This document shows positions 39,449-49,499 of a stretch of 64,000 bases of DNA, in pieces. Numbering within the stretch: position 1 is the stretch's first letter; the number at the start of each line of letters is the position of its first letter. This stretch comes from a virus, in UHGV virus genome UHGV-0020835; one strand, 5' to 3'. A model generated the notes under the pieces. The model did no database searches. It saw nothing but the letters and a program-made list of their open reading frames with translations, and was not told where the DNA came from. The translations under genes were made by a program, and so were the position numbers.

Positions 39449-40215
39449 AAACGCAAAGCCTCCTCTATGATTTTTTCTATATGTTGTTTTTCATAATACC
39501 AAATTTCTAAGAGATCTATGTTATGATTTTTAGCCCATTCTTTTTTTATCTCATCTCGTATTTTTTGGCTTTCCCATTGCTCTTTAGTTTGCACACCATT
39601 TGGGTTCTTTTTATAAGGAATACCATCGTGGAATTCCCCCTGATATTCTATTAAAAGATTATGTTTTAATAAATAAAAATCAAAAAACATAAAATTATCT
39701 TTATCACTTTTCAAATCTTCAAATGTTTTTTGACGAATAAAAGGAATGTTATGTTTACTTAAAATTTCAGCTATTTTTTGTTCCCCAAGTGAATTATTAA
39801 CGCAATTGCATTTGGGTAAATTAGGATTATGAATTGACCGATGAGTAAAATTACTCCAATCACTAACAATAGTCTTGCCATCAATGAACTTAACTGTTAT
39901 ACCGTGAGAATGAGCGTTACGATATTCGATAATTTCACATTCCATGCCACAATTCATAACTGCTTTTAAACCTTCTCGTCTGGTTTTACAGTTTAAACTA
40001 CGTGCTTTACTACAATTGTTTAACTTAGGCACAGTTGGACACTGTATTTCCCCATGGAGAAACTCATAATAACTCTTATGGCAATTAACACTACCGTCTG
40101 GAAATTGTACAGTAATATCATGTGTATTGAAATACTCAATTATAGTGCCCTCTACGCCACAATTCATACGTTTAACAGCACCTAAACGTTCATTACGTTT
40201 AGATTGTTTAGCCAT
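39442..40215 (-). CDS. putative PD-(D/E)xK-type homing endonuclease with tandem N-terminal DNA-binding repeats
   Basis: Two copies of NCGxEGxIIEYxNxHxITVxFxDG. The C-terminal FDFYLLKHNLLIEYQGEFHDG resembles the DUF559/Vsr-like D...E-x-K(Q) nuclease core. Free-standing, at the border of the GC-rich island. Confidence 0.4.
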   Translation of the reverse strand: MAKQSKRNERLGAVKRMNCGVEGTIIEYFNTHDITVQFPDGSVNCHKSYYEFLHGEIQCPTVPKLNNCSKARSLNCKTRREGLKAVMNCGMECEIIEYRNAHSHGITVKFIDGKTIVSDWSNFTHRSIHNPNLPKCNCVNNSLGEQKIAEILSKHNIPFIRQKTFEDLKSDKDNFMFFDFYLLKHNLLIEYQGEFHDGIPYKKNPNGVQTKEQWESQKIRDEIKKEWAKNHNIDLLEIWYYEKQHIEKIIEEALRLC

Positions 40216-40313
40216 TTATTCACTCCTTTCTACCAACACCGTCGCGATAACGATGATTTCCTTCCTTTCTTTTGTGTGGGTGGTTTATTCTATGCGGCTT
40301 GTCCGCTGTGGGG

Positions 40314-40454
40314 TTACTGAGCGTCCAGCAGGGCGGTCAGCTCTGTGTACTGGGCCTCGGTGAGCTTACCGGCGGCGTAGAACACGTCCAGTTTCTCAGC
40401 AAGGCCCTCTGTCTGGCCCCGCTCGATCATGCGCTTGAGTACCCGATAGAGCAT
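40314..40454 (-). CDS. XkdX-like small protein (46 aa), GC-rich copy
   Basis: MLYRVLKRMIERGQTEGLAEKLDVFYAAGKLTEAQYTELTALLDAQ with a strong GGGGAGGTG RBS. Not in the ORF track. Confidence 0.4.
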   Translation of the reverse strand: MLYRVLKRMIERGQTEGLAEKLDVFYAAGKLTEAQYTELTALLDAQ

Positions 40455-40455
40455 T

Positions 40456-40764
40456 TCAGTTCACCTCCCCGTTCACACCCAGCTCCAGGAGCGTCAGGCG
40501 GTATTCGTGGTCTACCAGCAGGGCATTGGTGTCTTCCTCTTCTGTGGGGACAGCGGGAGAGACGGGCCGCTCAATGGGGGCAACGCCCGTCAGCCTGTCC
40601 CCCTCAAAGGCGAGGTCACAGTACCCGCAGCACGCCCACACGGCGGATTCAAGATGTGCGGGAACCTCTGCCCATTCCTCGCCCATCCAGTTCTCTGTGC
40701 GATGGCTCTGGCTTTGCAGCCCGTGCCCTCCGTCAGGCCGTGCCGTTTTTTCGATGATGGTCAA
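40456..40764 (-). CDS. XkdW-like protein, GC-rich copy
   Basis: 102-aa ORF with an AGGAGGGA RBS. Homologous to the 33417..33701 ORF. Confidence 0.4.
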   Translation of the reverse strand: MTIIEKTARPDGGHGLQSQSHRTENWMGEEWAEVPAHLESAVWACCGYCDLAFEGDRLTGVAPIERPVSPAVPTEEEDTNALLVDHEYRLTLLELGVNGEVN

Positions 40765-40776
40765 TTTCTGTCCCTC

Positions 40777-43700
40777 CTATCTGAATGCGATGTAGAATCG
40801 GACAAGGCCTCTGTCGTTGATGCGGTTATAGCCGTTTCCACTGATTTTGTGGACAGCGAAGCCGGTTTCCGTCAGCTCCAGCACCGGCGCGCCGCCGCTG
40901 GTGACCGGCTTGCCGGGCAGGGCAAGACCGCCGTGGATGACGGGCCACGAGCCGGTCTGATAGCCCGTCATGGCGTCGGAGCTCACCACCAGCACCGCCC
41001 TTGGCTGGAACCCCAGGTCGATGTTCTGGGTCTCCGCGTCGTCGCCGGTGTAGCTGCCGGTCACCGTAGCTACCCGCTGATAATCCCACCACGGGAATGC
41101 AGACAATACACCGTCCTGCGGAACGTATCCCTGTACTCCGTCGCTTGTGATGTTCGTGCCAACGGCCAGCCCAGAAGTCTCAGCCACTCCCGCAAAGAGA
41201 ACATCGCAGTTTTGCCCAGCGGAAGCGGAAGTAAGAGCGATTGCGTCTTTGGATGAGATTACCCATCTTCCCGCAATCTGCCCGTTGTTGAATTCAAGCG
41301 TTGTAGCATAATAATTATTTGAATAGTTCCCGAAAAGAAACACACGTTTATTATCCAGCTGAGTACCAAATACAGGGTATCCACTGCTGAACACCGCAAC
41401 ATCCATTTGTGTGCCTAGCGAAGCTGCTAGATTATCAATCTGAATTGGAAACACACTTGAAGAGAAGGCGATCAGCATCTCCCCGTTAAATGTAAATACT
41501 GCTGTGGAATGACTAGGCACAGATGCAAGCAACTGTGTTTTTGTCCCGGCTGAAATCGCGTTACCAGAGATAGTACAAGCATACCCATAGAAGATATCGC
41601 TGTTGATATACCCAACAAAGACATCCGTGCCGTTCACGCAGCAAAACGGCGTACAGCTGACCGATTCCAGCAACTGAGTTGCACCGAAAGATGCAGTTCC
41701 TGCCTCATCCACATTTACGATAGCGCAAAATAGTTTGCCCGCCGAATTTGTAGCGGCAACAAAAACTTTTTTGCCGGAGATAAGTTGTGCATCTAAAGTA
41801 CTGATATTGTAACTGCCAATATTCGAATCTGGTATGAGATTCTGAATTGTTCCCGGCGTAATTGTCGTTCCGGAAATGGAAAGATGTTGTACAGGAAGAC
41901 CACCCACGTTGTATAGGCCAAACACGACAAGAACACTTGTATTAGAAAAACGGATCAGCTTTACCTTGTCGTACTTACTTGAGCTTCCCCCAACGTTAAG
42001 TTGAACCTTTGCCCCCGGAGTAATTGTTGTTCCAGATATAGTACAGACCCAAGCAAAGTCTCCTTGATTAGAACGGGCTACAACAACAAACCTTAAGCTG
42101 TCCAATGCCACGATCCCGAAGGGTTGTGTGGCGTAGGAGGTGTCGCTGAATTCCTGGGTTGCAATAATAGACACTGGCTTTATGCTGTCGGTTACACGGA
42201 ACAGGGTAATTGTATAGTAGCCTGTAGACCTGTCTATCGACATAGTTACGCCTGTTTCTGCGCTCAACATACACGAAAGCATTGTATAACCATTAAGCAA
42301 CGTCGGTTCCACATTTTCCGCTCTAACTTTCTTCACAAGCTCCCCGTCCACCACATCCACCACGTCACCCACGGCGATGCTCTGGCCCGCTGCTGCGGGG
42401 TAGGTGCCACGGACGGCCTTACTGCGGTCTTTGAGGCCGTTGTCCACGTAGCTTTTCGGTGCCGCGTCGGTGTCAGCCTCCGGCGTGGGGAGATTCTGGA
42501 GCTTCTGGCCGCCCATGTCGAGATTTCCGGTCATCGTCCCGCCGGATTTGGGGAGCTTCGTGTCGGCATACGCCTTGATGCCGCCAGCCGTTGCCACGTC
42601 ACCGTTTGGATCGTATACAGATTTAAGCATATCACCAGACCCAGCCGCACTCAATGCGTCACTAACGGCTTTTTCACTCGGCACCTTGGTTGCACTTGTT
42701 CCAAGAGTTGTAGTGATATCGGATGTGGATACAGCGCCTACATCGCTTGCCCCTAATGTGACCACCCCTGTTTTGTTATTGATAGAAGTAACAGGTGCGA
42801 TCTGTAAGGCGGTATCTGCTTTGTCAAGTGATGCTTGCACATCGCCCGATAAATCGCTTTTAGCCACGCTTGACTTAAATGCCAAACTGCCAAGGTCACT
42901 AAACCACTTGGCGATTTTGCCGAATATAGTAGATAATTTTTCGCCACTTGAGATATTGGTTCGGCCTGATGCTTGGGAGAAAGTTGAAGCTGTATTGTCT
43001 ACATTGCCATATATGTGCTGCGCTCGGACTTCCTTCCACTGAGCGAGATACGTCCCCAATGACACCGCGCCGGTTTTGTATGGTGACAAGTCACCGTACA
43101 TTGTACTGCCGCCACGGTTAACTAATGTTCCTTCAATACCACCAGAAATACCCGTGAACGCAATTTGCGTTGCCGCGAGCCAACCATATTCTTGAGTAGG
43201 TTGAGCACGAAATGTTATTCGAAAACGTTTCCCAGTCCCGTTAACCTGTACCCCCATATACTGTGTGTTTACAACTTCATCGAAGGGGATATTATCCCGC
43301 TCAGCTACAAAAACGTATTGGTCAGCAACAGAATCATAAATTTCAATCTTATAATAACTACAATTTTGCTTGGCCGCGCGCCAATAAAATGACACGCCGT
43401 TTTCCCACTTTAACACCAAATTCGAATCAATCACAATAGAAACTTTAAGGTTTTTGACATCCATCAAAAGCGTATCATGGGCAGTTGATACATCTTTCCA
43501 CGCCCCGGTAGAATCACCTTCCGGTATTACACCTTGGGATCCTTTCAGTGCCTTATACCATCTAAAAACGCCGGATGCGGTTTGGTACATAACACGGGCA
43601 TTTTGCGGATAATTACTTGTTTCACTCCACAAACAAACAGTTTGTGCATGGCTTGGGCCAGCACCAAAGTTAATATATGTGCTGGATTTTCCATCAAATA

Positions 43701-44787
43701 AAGTATCAATTTCCTTGTCTGTAAAAGGCATAAGATACCCATCATAAAAAATCTGTGCGTTGCCGCCATTGTACCGGAGAAAACCCAGCGCATTTACTGC
43801 TGGGTTGATGGATACGGCATCTACATTATTGATAATACTATTAATGCCACCCCGTAAACGGACCGCTTGAATTTCATCATTAACACCCTGTTTACCATCT
43901 AATTGTGTCTGTACCTTACTTGTTACGCCACCAAGATAACCCAACTCAGCAGATGTAACCGTACTCGCCTCGACCTTGCCACTACCATTAGACACCAAAG
44001 CATGATTGGCAGTAAGATTATTGTCTGTAATGGTGCTTGCGCCACCCGTAATCGTATCTTGTTTGCCTCCGAGCGCATTAGTTAATGTAGTAACGTCACC
44101 CTTAAGTGTCGTAATATCAGACTGAGCCGTTTCCATATCAGAATCAAGCATAACAATATTATCTTTATTAGTATCAATTTGTTTCTTGGCCGAATCTGTA
44201 AAATCATTATGAGTACGCACATAAGTTTGCCCATCACTAACATCATCTTGAGTTAAAACAACTGCGCCAGTCTTGCCGTTAACTGACTTAACGGGAATAT
44301 CATTAGTAGTAATATAACCGCTGTCGTTTATAATTTCAGAGGTCTTGGTAGGAATATCTATGGTTTTTGCATAACCGCCCAAAGCATCGCTATTGACAAA
44401 ACCAGAATCGTTTTCAAGTTCACTGGTCTTTGTGGGGATTACAGTTGTGCTAGGTAAAGCGCCTACGTCATTAGCATTAAGAATAACACTACCGGTTTTG
44501 CCATTAACACTTGAAACGCCCGTTTCTGGTGTTTCTCCCCCACCCCCAGGAACAATAATAAAAGCCGCAGACATATTACCAAATGGCACAAACACTTGGT
44601 AAATAGAACCAGTAAGAGGTGTGCCGCCATAATATTTTACAGTATTATCTTTTCCGTTGATTGTCAAAACGCACGTTGAAGTAGCCACAGTTTTACACAC
44701 ACCAGAATAAATTTTGGTTGTATTATCTTCTACTACATGATTAACTATAATTTCAATGGCATCTAAAATCTCGTTAGTAATATTCAA
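40777..44787 (-). CDS. large tail fibre / host-specificity protein with GC-rich C-terminal domain
   Basis: 1336 aa with repeated TKTSE(L/I)(E/I)NDSG(F/Y) units and long beta-rich regions. TTG start with an AAAGGAGGTG RBS. The last about 170 codons (40777..41300) are markedly GC-rich. Confidence 0.5.
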   Translation of the reverse strand: MNITNEILDAIEIIVNHVVEDNTTKIYSGVCKTVATSTCVLTINGKDNTVKYYGGTPLTGSIYQVFVPFGNMSAAFIIVPGGGGETPETGVSSVNGKTGSVILNANDVGALPSTTVIPTKTSELENDSGFVNSDALGGYAKTIDIPTKTSEIINDSGYITTNDIPVKSVNGKTGAVVLTQDDVSDGQTYVRTHNDFTDSAKKQIDTNKDNIVMLDSDMETAQSDITTLKGDVTTLTNALGGKQDTITGGASTITDNNLTANHALVSNGSGKVEASTVTSAELGYLGGVTSKVQTQLDGKQGVNDEIQAVRLRGGINSIINNVDAVSINPAVNALGFLRYNGGNAQIFYDGYLMPFTDKEIDTLFDGKSSTYINFGAGPSHAQTVCLWSETSNYPQNARVMYQTASGVFRWYKALKGSQGVIPEGDSTGAWKDVSTAHDTLLMDVKNLKVSIVIDSNLVLKWENGVSFYWRAAKQNCSYYKIEIYDSVADQYVFVAERDNIPFDEVVNTQYMGVQVNGTGKRFRITFRAQPTQEYGWLAATQIAFTGISGGIEGTLVNRGGSTMYGDLSPYKTGAVSLGTYLAQWKEVRAQHIYGNVDNTASTFSQASGRTNISSGEKLSTIFGKIAKWFSDLGSLAFKSSVAKSDLSGDVQASLDKADTALQIAPVTSINNKTGVVTLGASDVGAVSTSDITTTLGTSATKVPSEKAVSDALSAAGSGDMLKSVYDPNGDVATAGGIKAYADTKLPKSGGTMTGNLDMGGQKLQNLPTPEADTDAAPKSYVDNGLKDRSKAVRGTYPAAAGQSIAVGDVVDVVDGELVKKVRAENVEPTLLNGYTMLSCMLSAETGVTMSIDRSTGYYTITLFRVTDSIKPVSIIATQEFSDTSYATQPFGIVALDSLRFVVVARSNQGDFAWVCTISGTTITPGAKVQLNVGGSSSKYDKVKLIRFSNTSVLVVFGLYNVGGLPVQHLSISGTTITPGTIQNLIPDSNIGSYNISTLDAQLISGKKVFVAATNSAGKLFCAIVNVDEAGTASFGATQLLESVSCTPFCCVNGTDVFVGYINSDIFYGYACTISGNAISAGTKTQLLASVPSHSTAVFTFNGEMLIAFSSSVFPIQIDNLAASLGTQMDVAVFSSGYPVFGTQLDNKRVFLFGNYSNNYYATTLEFNNGQIAGRWVISSKDAIALTSASAGQNCDVLFAGVAETSGLAVGTNITSDGVQGYVPQDGVLSAFPWWDYQRVATVTGSYTGDDAETQNIDLGFQPRAVLVVSSDAMTGYQTGSWPVIHGGLALPGKPVTSGGAPVLELTETGFAVHKISGNGYNRINDRGLVRFYIAFR

Positions 44788-44827
44788 TAATCAACACCTC
44801 CTTTTATTTATATAAGAGGGCGCATGA

Positions 44828-47800
44828 TTACGCCCTCTTATATGCACGTTGATAAGCAAGATTCTTTAACCCGGCCACTAAAGATTCAGCATCTCGCGCA
44901 TTAGGCAAAGACAAATTATCAATATTAAAGATTTGAGTATTACTCTTATTGCTTAACACTGTAGGATCAATCTTGCCCCAATTCCACAAGTTTCTTGTAA
45001 CATCGGCGGGAATAATACTGTCTCCATTACCAAGAACTCTTAACTCAGGCCCCTGCTCACCAACAAGACTCAATCCACCAGTTGCGCCTAATGTACCATC
45101 CGCATGCCCTGTTAATTTCTTAATAACAGAAGTAATACCAGAAATAACGGCGCTGACAGCAGATTTGGAGCCGGAGTCAGAGGACGAACCGCCCTTAGAT
45201 GCGCTAACTGTTGGTGTCTTTGGGATGTATTGACTACCATCGGCACCGCCACTATAACCGTACTTATTTCTAATGGCTTCTGCCCTTTGGTGAGCCTCTA
45301 TTCGCTCTTCATCAGTTTTAGCGTTAGCAAAATCTTGCTTGGCCCGTTGAATTTCAGCTAAATCATATCCGCTAATACCACTACTAGCGCCCTTATATCC
45401 ACCACCGGCTTCGCCAGCCGTAGGCACCATATTCCCGACAGCAGTAATTTCAGACATAATACCGGTATACTCATTAGCAAATTTTTTGGCTTGGCCTAAC
45501 CGAATGGCCCAATTATCGCCTTCCAGCTTAATGCCGAGCGCCTGTTCAGCAAGCAATCTATTCTGCTCTCTAGTGTATTGCTGAGTTACATCGGCCCATT
45601 CCTCTCTATATTTCTGCCACCAATCAATTTGCGTCTGAATGTTTTCAACTGCCTCGTCTTTTAAAGCCTCAAGACGCTTAGTTTCTTCTTCAAGCGCCTT
45701 TTCGCGGTTATAAGAATCAAGTTCGCTTTGCGCCTCAGCAATAGCCTCTACATCCTGTACATACTGGAATTGACCATCTTTAAACACATAGAGCTTTTTA
45801 CTCTTGGCCTTGGCTAAATTGTCTAATAATTGCTGATACTTAATCTGGTCTTCAAGTAGGCCGTTTTCTTCGTTTAGTTTATCAATTTCATCTTGCCATT
45901 TTTGTTCTTCTTCGGTTTTTTGCTTTTCAAGAGCCTCAAGCCGTTCATCGATACGGTCAACCATATAACTAGATGCGGCTTCATAAGCGTCTTTGCGCTC
46001 ATTAAGAGCTTTTTCCCAAGCCTCTTTCGCCTCTTCTGCGGCTTTCTTTTCTTCTTCGGCTTGCTTTTCGGCGGCTTCTTTCGCCCTTTTCTCTATCTCA
46101 TCATAGATTTTATCTATGTCATTTTGATAATCCCACCAAAGAATCTTTAGTTGGCGCACTTGCTCAGAATCTTCAGAAAGCCCCAGCGCACGATATTTAT
46201 TGGCTGTGGCATGAATGGCCTCTTGAATCTTTTTCATTTGGGATACTTGCTCTTCTTCAGTCGCACCAGACTTTTCTAGCAATTCAAGACGGTCTTTGAG
46301 GAGACTAAGTTGCTCTTTCCATGCTTCAGTTAGTTTCTCTACAGCGGTTTTTTCTTTCGTGGTGGAAGAACGAGAACCCGAAGAACCACCGCCACCCCCT
46401 GTTACAACATCGTTGTCTGTTGTAACAATGTCAGCTTCCGCTAACTTTTTTCTATAAGGTGCAAGCCAAGTATTCCACTTTATTTGCAAATACGCTTGTT
46501 CAGCTTCAGCCTGAGACATACCACTATTCATCAATTGACGATAAGTGGGATCATTCACCAAGCCACCATTTGAAATTCCGGCGAGGGCACCTTGAACACC
46601 AAAAGCCATTTCAGCCACTTGCGCCAATGCCGCCACTTTTTGAGAAACATCAAAATCAGTATTATTAAAAACAATAGATTGATATATAAGATCTATCATT
46701 TTCTCTTTAGTAATACCTAATTGGCCTGCCTCATTAATCAACTGATTCGCTAAAACAGCTGCAGCAGGTGCCGTTTGTGCTTGAGCAATTCTTAAATCAA
46801 CCGTCTTTTGAGCCACTTCTTCGGTTGTGCCGACAATATCAATAAGCTGATACCAAAGATCTCTTTGAGTATCATCCATCTCAGCGCCATCAGCAACCGC
46901 TTGTTGCCCTACTGCGTGATATTCTTCAAAAGTACCGACTAGTTCATTTAATTGCTCTTTAAGTTTCTCAAACTCTTCTACACTGGTGGCCTTTTGCATC
47001 GCTTCTTTTAATTCATAGAACTTATCTATCTGTCCTTGAATAATTAAAGATTGCGTTGCCCACTCTTTACCGCCATAGCTAACAGTCGGTTGTGTCGTTG
47101 CGTTGCCAAAAGTTAAGTCGAATCTCTGTTGGTTAAATTCTGCTAGTTGCTTCTGCAAACCCTCTAATTTGTCACTGTACATATCAATGACATTTTGATT
47201 TGCGCCCTGTTCTTTGAGTTCTTGAATCTTTTGTTTGGTGCTCTCTATCTCAGCGTTAACTTCGCTAATTTTATTCTTAACATATTCTGCACCATTAAAT
47301 GTTTTTTGGAACCAGTCGGTTTTAGAAAAAGCATATAGACCAACGATAGCCGCAGAAATTGCTAAGAGAATAGGCAACACTGCCCCAGACGCTCCTTGTA
47401 AAAGTATAAACGCGTCGCTTAAAGAGTGAATACTCGTAATCAGCTTTCCCGCCGCAAACACATCTTTAAGATTTTTAAATTGCTGAACAATTGTTGAGAT
47501 AATACCAGTTGCGTGTGCCAAAGAAGTTGCTCCCCAGCCCAAGCTTGTCAACAACACAATTTGAGATACAATCGTCCCAAGAGGAGTACTAGCAATTTGC
47601 AACAACGATTTCGCAATGCTAAGTAAGCCATTAACCAAGCCACTATCAAGAACATTGTTAGCAAATTGTTGAAATTGGGAACCCAATTGAGATAAGTGCG
47701 CTTGAACGGACTCCATATAAGAAGCATTCTCGTTTAACGCAGAACCTTGTGAATTAAGCGCTGTATTGGTTGCTTCTGTTGCGTGATCAAAATTGTTCAT

Positions 47801-48418
47801 TAGCGCCAGGAAATTATTAAGCTGAGTTGTACCCGCTAGAGTAGTGGCAATATATTTTTGAGTGTTGCCGTCTAATCCATCCCATTTTTCCGCCAATTCA
47901 CCGAGCAATTCATAACTACTTCTTAACTGTTCCTCGTTATCGTACATTGAAACATTGAGGTCATCAAAAATCCGAATAATTTTTTCGCCGTTTGACGAGG
48001 CAGGATCCAAAACCTGACTAAGGTTTGCAAAAATAGCGTTAAGCCCCCGAGAGGCCTTGCTAGCATTTTTTGTTTGTTCGGTAATTGCGGTAAGCATACC
48101 AATTGTAGATTCCAGAGAATTGCCCATTGAAGACGATGTAGAAGCCACAATCTTTAAACCAGTCGCTAAATCACCTGTACCAACAGCAAAATTGTTTGCC
48201 ACAGAGTTGACCGCATCTATAATATGAGTTGCATTTGCTTCAACATCACCCGTGGTTTGATTAAATGCAATTAACTGAGAAATTAAAAATTCAGCAGAAT
48301 CGCCAGCGGAAATAGTTTCATCTGCCACATTCTGGAACATTGAGCTAACACGAGCTAGCGATGCAGCATCTTCATCGTTGAAGCCATTTTTACGGAAGTT
48401 GGTTGCCGCGTCAACCAT
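44828..48418 (-). CDS. tail tape measure protein
   Basis: 1196 aa, highly alpha-helical and coiled-coil, with a hydrophobic central segment and a Gly-rich C-terminal region. Confidence 0.7.
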   Translation of the reverse strand: MVDAATNFRKNGFNDEDAASLARVSSMFQNVADETISAGDSAEFLISQLIAFNQTTGDVEANATHIIDAVNSVANNFAVGTGDLATGLKIVASTSSSMGNSLESTIGMLTAITEQTKNASKASRGLNAIFANLSQVLDPASSNGEKIIRIFDDLNVSMYDNEEQLRSSYELLGELAEKWDGLDGNTQKYIATTLAGTTQLNNFLALMNNFDHATEATNTALNSQGSALNENASYMESVQAHLSQLGSQFQQFANNVLDSGLVNGLLSIAKSLLQIASTPLGTIVSQIVLLTSLGWGATSLAHATGIISTIVQQFKNLKDVFAAGKLITSIHSLSDAFILLQGASGAVLPILLAISAAIVGLYAFSKTDWFQKTFNGAEYVKNKISEVNAEIESTKQKIQELKEQGANQNVIDMYSDKLEGLQKQLAEFNQQRFDLTFGNATTQPTVSYGGKEWATQSLIIQGQIDKFYELKEAMQKATSVEEFEKLKEQLNELVGTFEEYHAVGQQAVADGAEMDDTQRDLWYQLIDIVGTTEEVAQKTVDLRIAQAQTAPAAAVLANQLINEAGQLGITKEKMIDLIYQSIVFNNTDFDVSQKVAALAQVAEMAFGVQGALAGISNGGLVNDPTYRQLMNSGMSQAEAEQAYLQIKWNTWLAPYRKKLAEADIVTTDNDVVTGGGGGSSGSRSSTTKEKTAVEKLTEAWKEQLSLLKDRLELLEKSGATEEEQVSQMKKIQEAIHATANKYRALGLSEDSEQVRQLKILWWDYQNDIDKIYDEIEKRAKEAAEKQAEEEKKAAEEAKEAWEKALNERKDAYEAASSYMVDRIDERLEALEKQKTEEEQKWQDEIDKLNEENGLLEDQIKYQQLLDNLAKAKSKKLYVFKDGQFQYVQDVEAIAEAQSELDSYNREKALEEETKRLEALKDEAVENIQTQIDWWQKYREEWADVTQQYTREQNRLLAEQALGIKLEGDNWAIRLGQAKKFANEYTGIMSEITAVGNMVPTAGEAGGGYKGASSGISGYDLAEIQRAKQDFANAKTDEERIEAHQRAEAIRNKYGYSGGADGSQYIPKTPTVSASKGGSSSDSGSKSAVSAVISGITSVIKKLTGHADGTLGATGGLSLVGEQGPELRVLGNGDSIIPADVTRNLWNWGKIDPTVLSNKSNTQIFNIDNLSLPNARDAESLVAGLKNLAYQRAYKRA

Positions 48419-48433
48419 TTCTGACGTTTCATA

Positions 48434-48787
48434 TTAACGCTTCTTTTCTGTAAATTCAATCGTGCCTTTTTTATTCTTTTCTTTCCGCCCTCTAACAAAA
48501 TTACGATAGTGTTTGGTATATTCGTTTTCAGACTCAATCCTCTTCTGAACATCGGCAGCGTTTGCTTTTTCTCCATCAATAAACAGCAAATTCATAATAA
48601 TAGCGATAAAAACCCACGCGCAAAATGCAAGAACGAACTCATCACACTGTGCGCCACATACCATAAACAGAATAAAGATAGCAATATTCAAAATCACCTT
48701 ACCGAATTTACCATTACTAGTAAAAAGCAAACCAATTAAATAAAACATACCATACACAATACCAACACACGCGGCGATAAAAATCAT
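48434..48787 (-). CDS. small membrane protein (ORF-track call shortened)
   Basis: An internal ATG is preceded by AAAGGAGTG and a promoter. The first ATG of the 153-aa track ORF has no SD. Three TM helices. Confidence 0.4.
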   Translation of the reverse strand: MIFIAACVGIVYGMFYLIGLLFTSNGKFGKVILNIAIFILFMVCGAQCDEFVLAFCAWVFIAIIMNLLFIDGEKANAADVQKRIESENEYTKHYRNFVRGRKEKNKKGTIEFTEKKR

Positions 48788-48817
48788 ATTTAACACTCCT
48801 TTTTGCTTTGTGAGTGT

Positions 48818-48846
48818 ATAATAACATAACAGAAAAGATTTGTCAA
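48818..48846 (-). promoter_or_regulatory. sigmaA-type promoter on minus strand (TTGACA-N17-TGtTATTAT)
   Basis: Reverse complement of 48841-48846 is TTGACA. A 17-nt spacer leads to TATTAT (rc of 48818-48823) with an upstream TG. Confidence 0.45.
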
Positions 48847-49100
48847 TACCTAAACCAAAGTTTTTTAGACTTTGCCTGAGTAATTCTTCACCCATTTATT
48901 GGAGGGCCGCTCTGTATACTCGATTGACACACCGCTCATCACGGCTTCGCGCCCAATCTGCCCTTTTTAACAATACTTAGGTCTTTCGACCATATATCAT
49001 CCTTACAGTTGTAATAGTTTCCCACATTCATATAAGCATATCTCATCTCATATTGTAGTTGTAAGGCTCTTGAGGCTTTCAAGGGTTTAGGAGCTGTTCT

Positions 49101-49484
49101 CTATGCACATTTACCATCTGTACATACGGGCTCAGACCGATTTGGTTTACCCGTGCGCCCTACTGTCAAGCCTATTTCAGATAATTTATCTACATAATCA
49201 TCTAAAGCAGCGCCTGACAAAGACGATACCTTCTTGTATTCAGTTAAAGCAGTATCAAGCTCTAATACCTGCTCCGCAAGACTACCAATCACCTCTGTTG
49301 CCTTAGAAAAGACTTCATTCGCGGTATTAAAATCGAGAGCTAAATCATTGATATCCTGACGCGCCTGTCTTACACTACTGCTATCAATATTAATTTTTGC
49401 TTTTTTGCTAACCTTATTTAATTGTTTTTCAATTTCTTTTGTTTGGAGTTCGACCCCCACAAGTATACTATAATTTGTAGCCAT
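49101..49484 (-). CDS. hypothetical protein
   Basis: 127-aa helical ORF. Confidence 0.4.
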   Translation of the reverse strand: MATNYSILVGVELQTKEIEKQLNKVSKKAKINIDSSSVRQARQDINDLALDFNTANEVFSKATEVIGSLAEQVLELDTALTEYKKVSSLSGAALDDYVDKLSEIGLTVGRTGKPNRSEPVCTDGKCA

Positions 49485-49499
49485 TACCTCACTCCTTTA

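Noticed and set aside
40272-41256. Plus-strand ORFs 40272..40757, 40507..41256 and 40526..40795, and further along 42124..42756 and 42470..43042
   Set aside because: They lie antisense to strongly supported minus-strand genes in GC-rich sequence, where stop codons are rare. They have no RBS and no protein-like composition, so they are artefactual.
44812-44841. 11-bp stem-loop spanning the tape measure stop codon
   Set aside because: No U-run follows it on the transcribed strand. It is likely just an intercistronic hairpin in front of the fibre RBS.
44828-49484. Hypothesis that the tape measure gene is split by an intron, with 49101..49484 as exon 1 and a structured spacer in between
   Set aside because: The supposed exon 1 is in a different frame. 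A consensus promoter and a good RBS for the 48434..48787 membrane-protein gene explain the spacer. No 5' exon-U / intron-G junction restoring a conserved tape-measure motif could be found. It was kept only as a structured-spacer observation.
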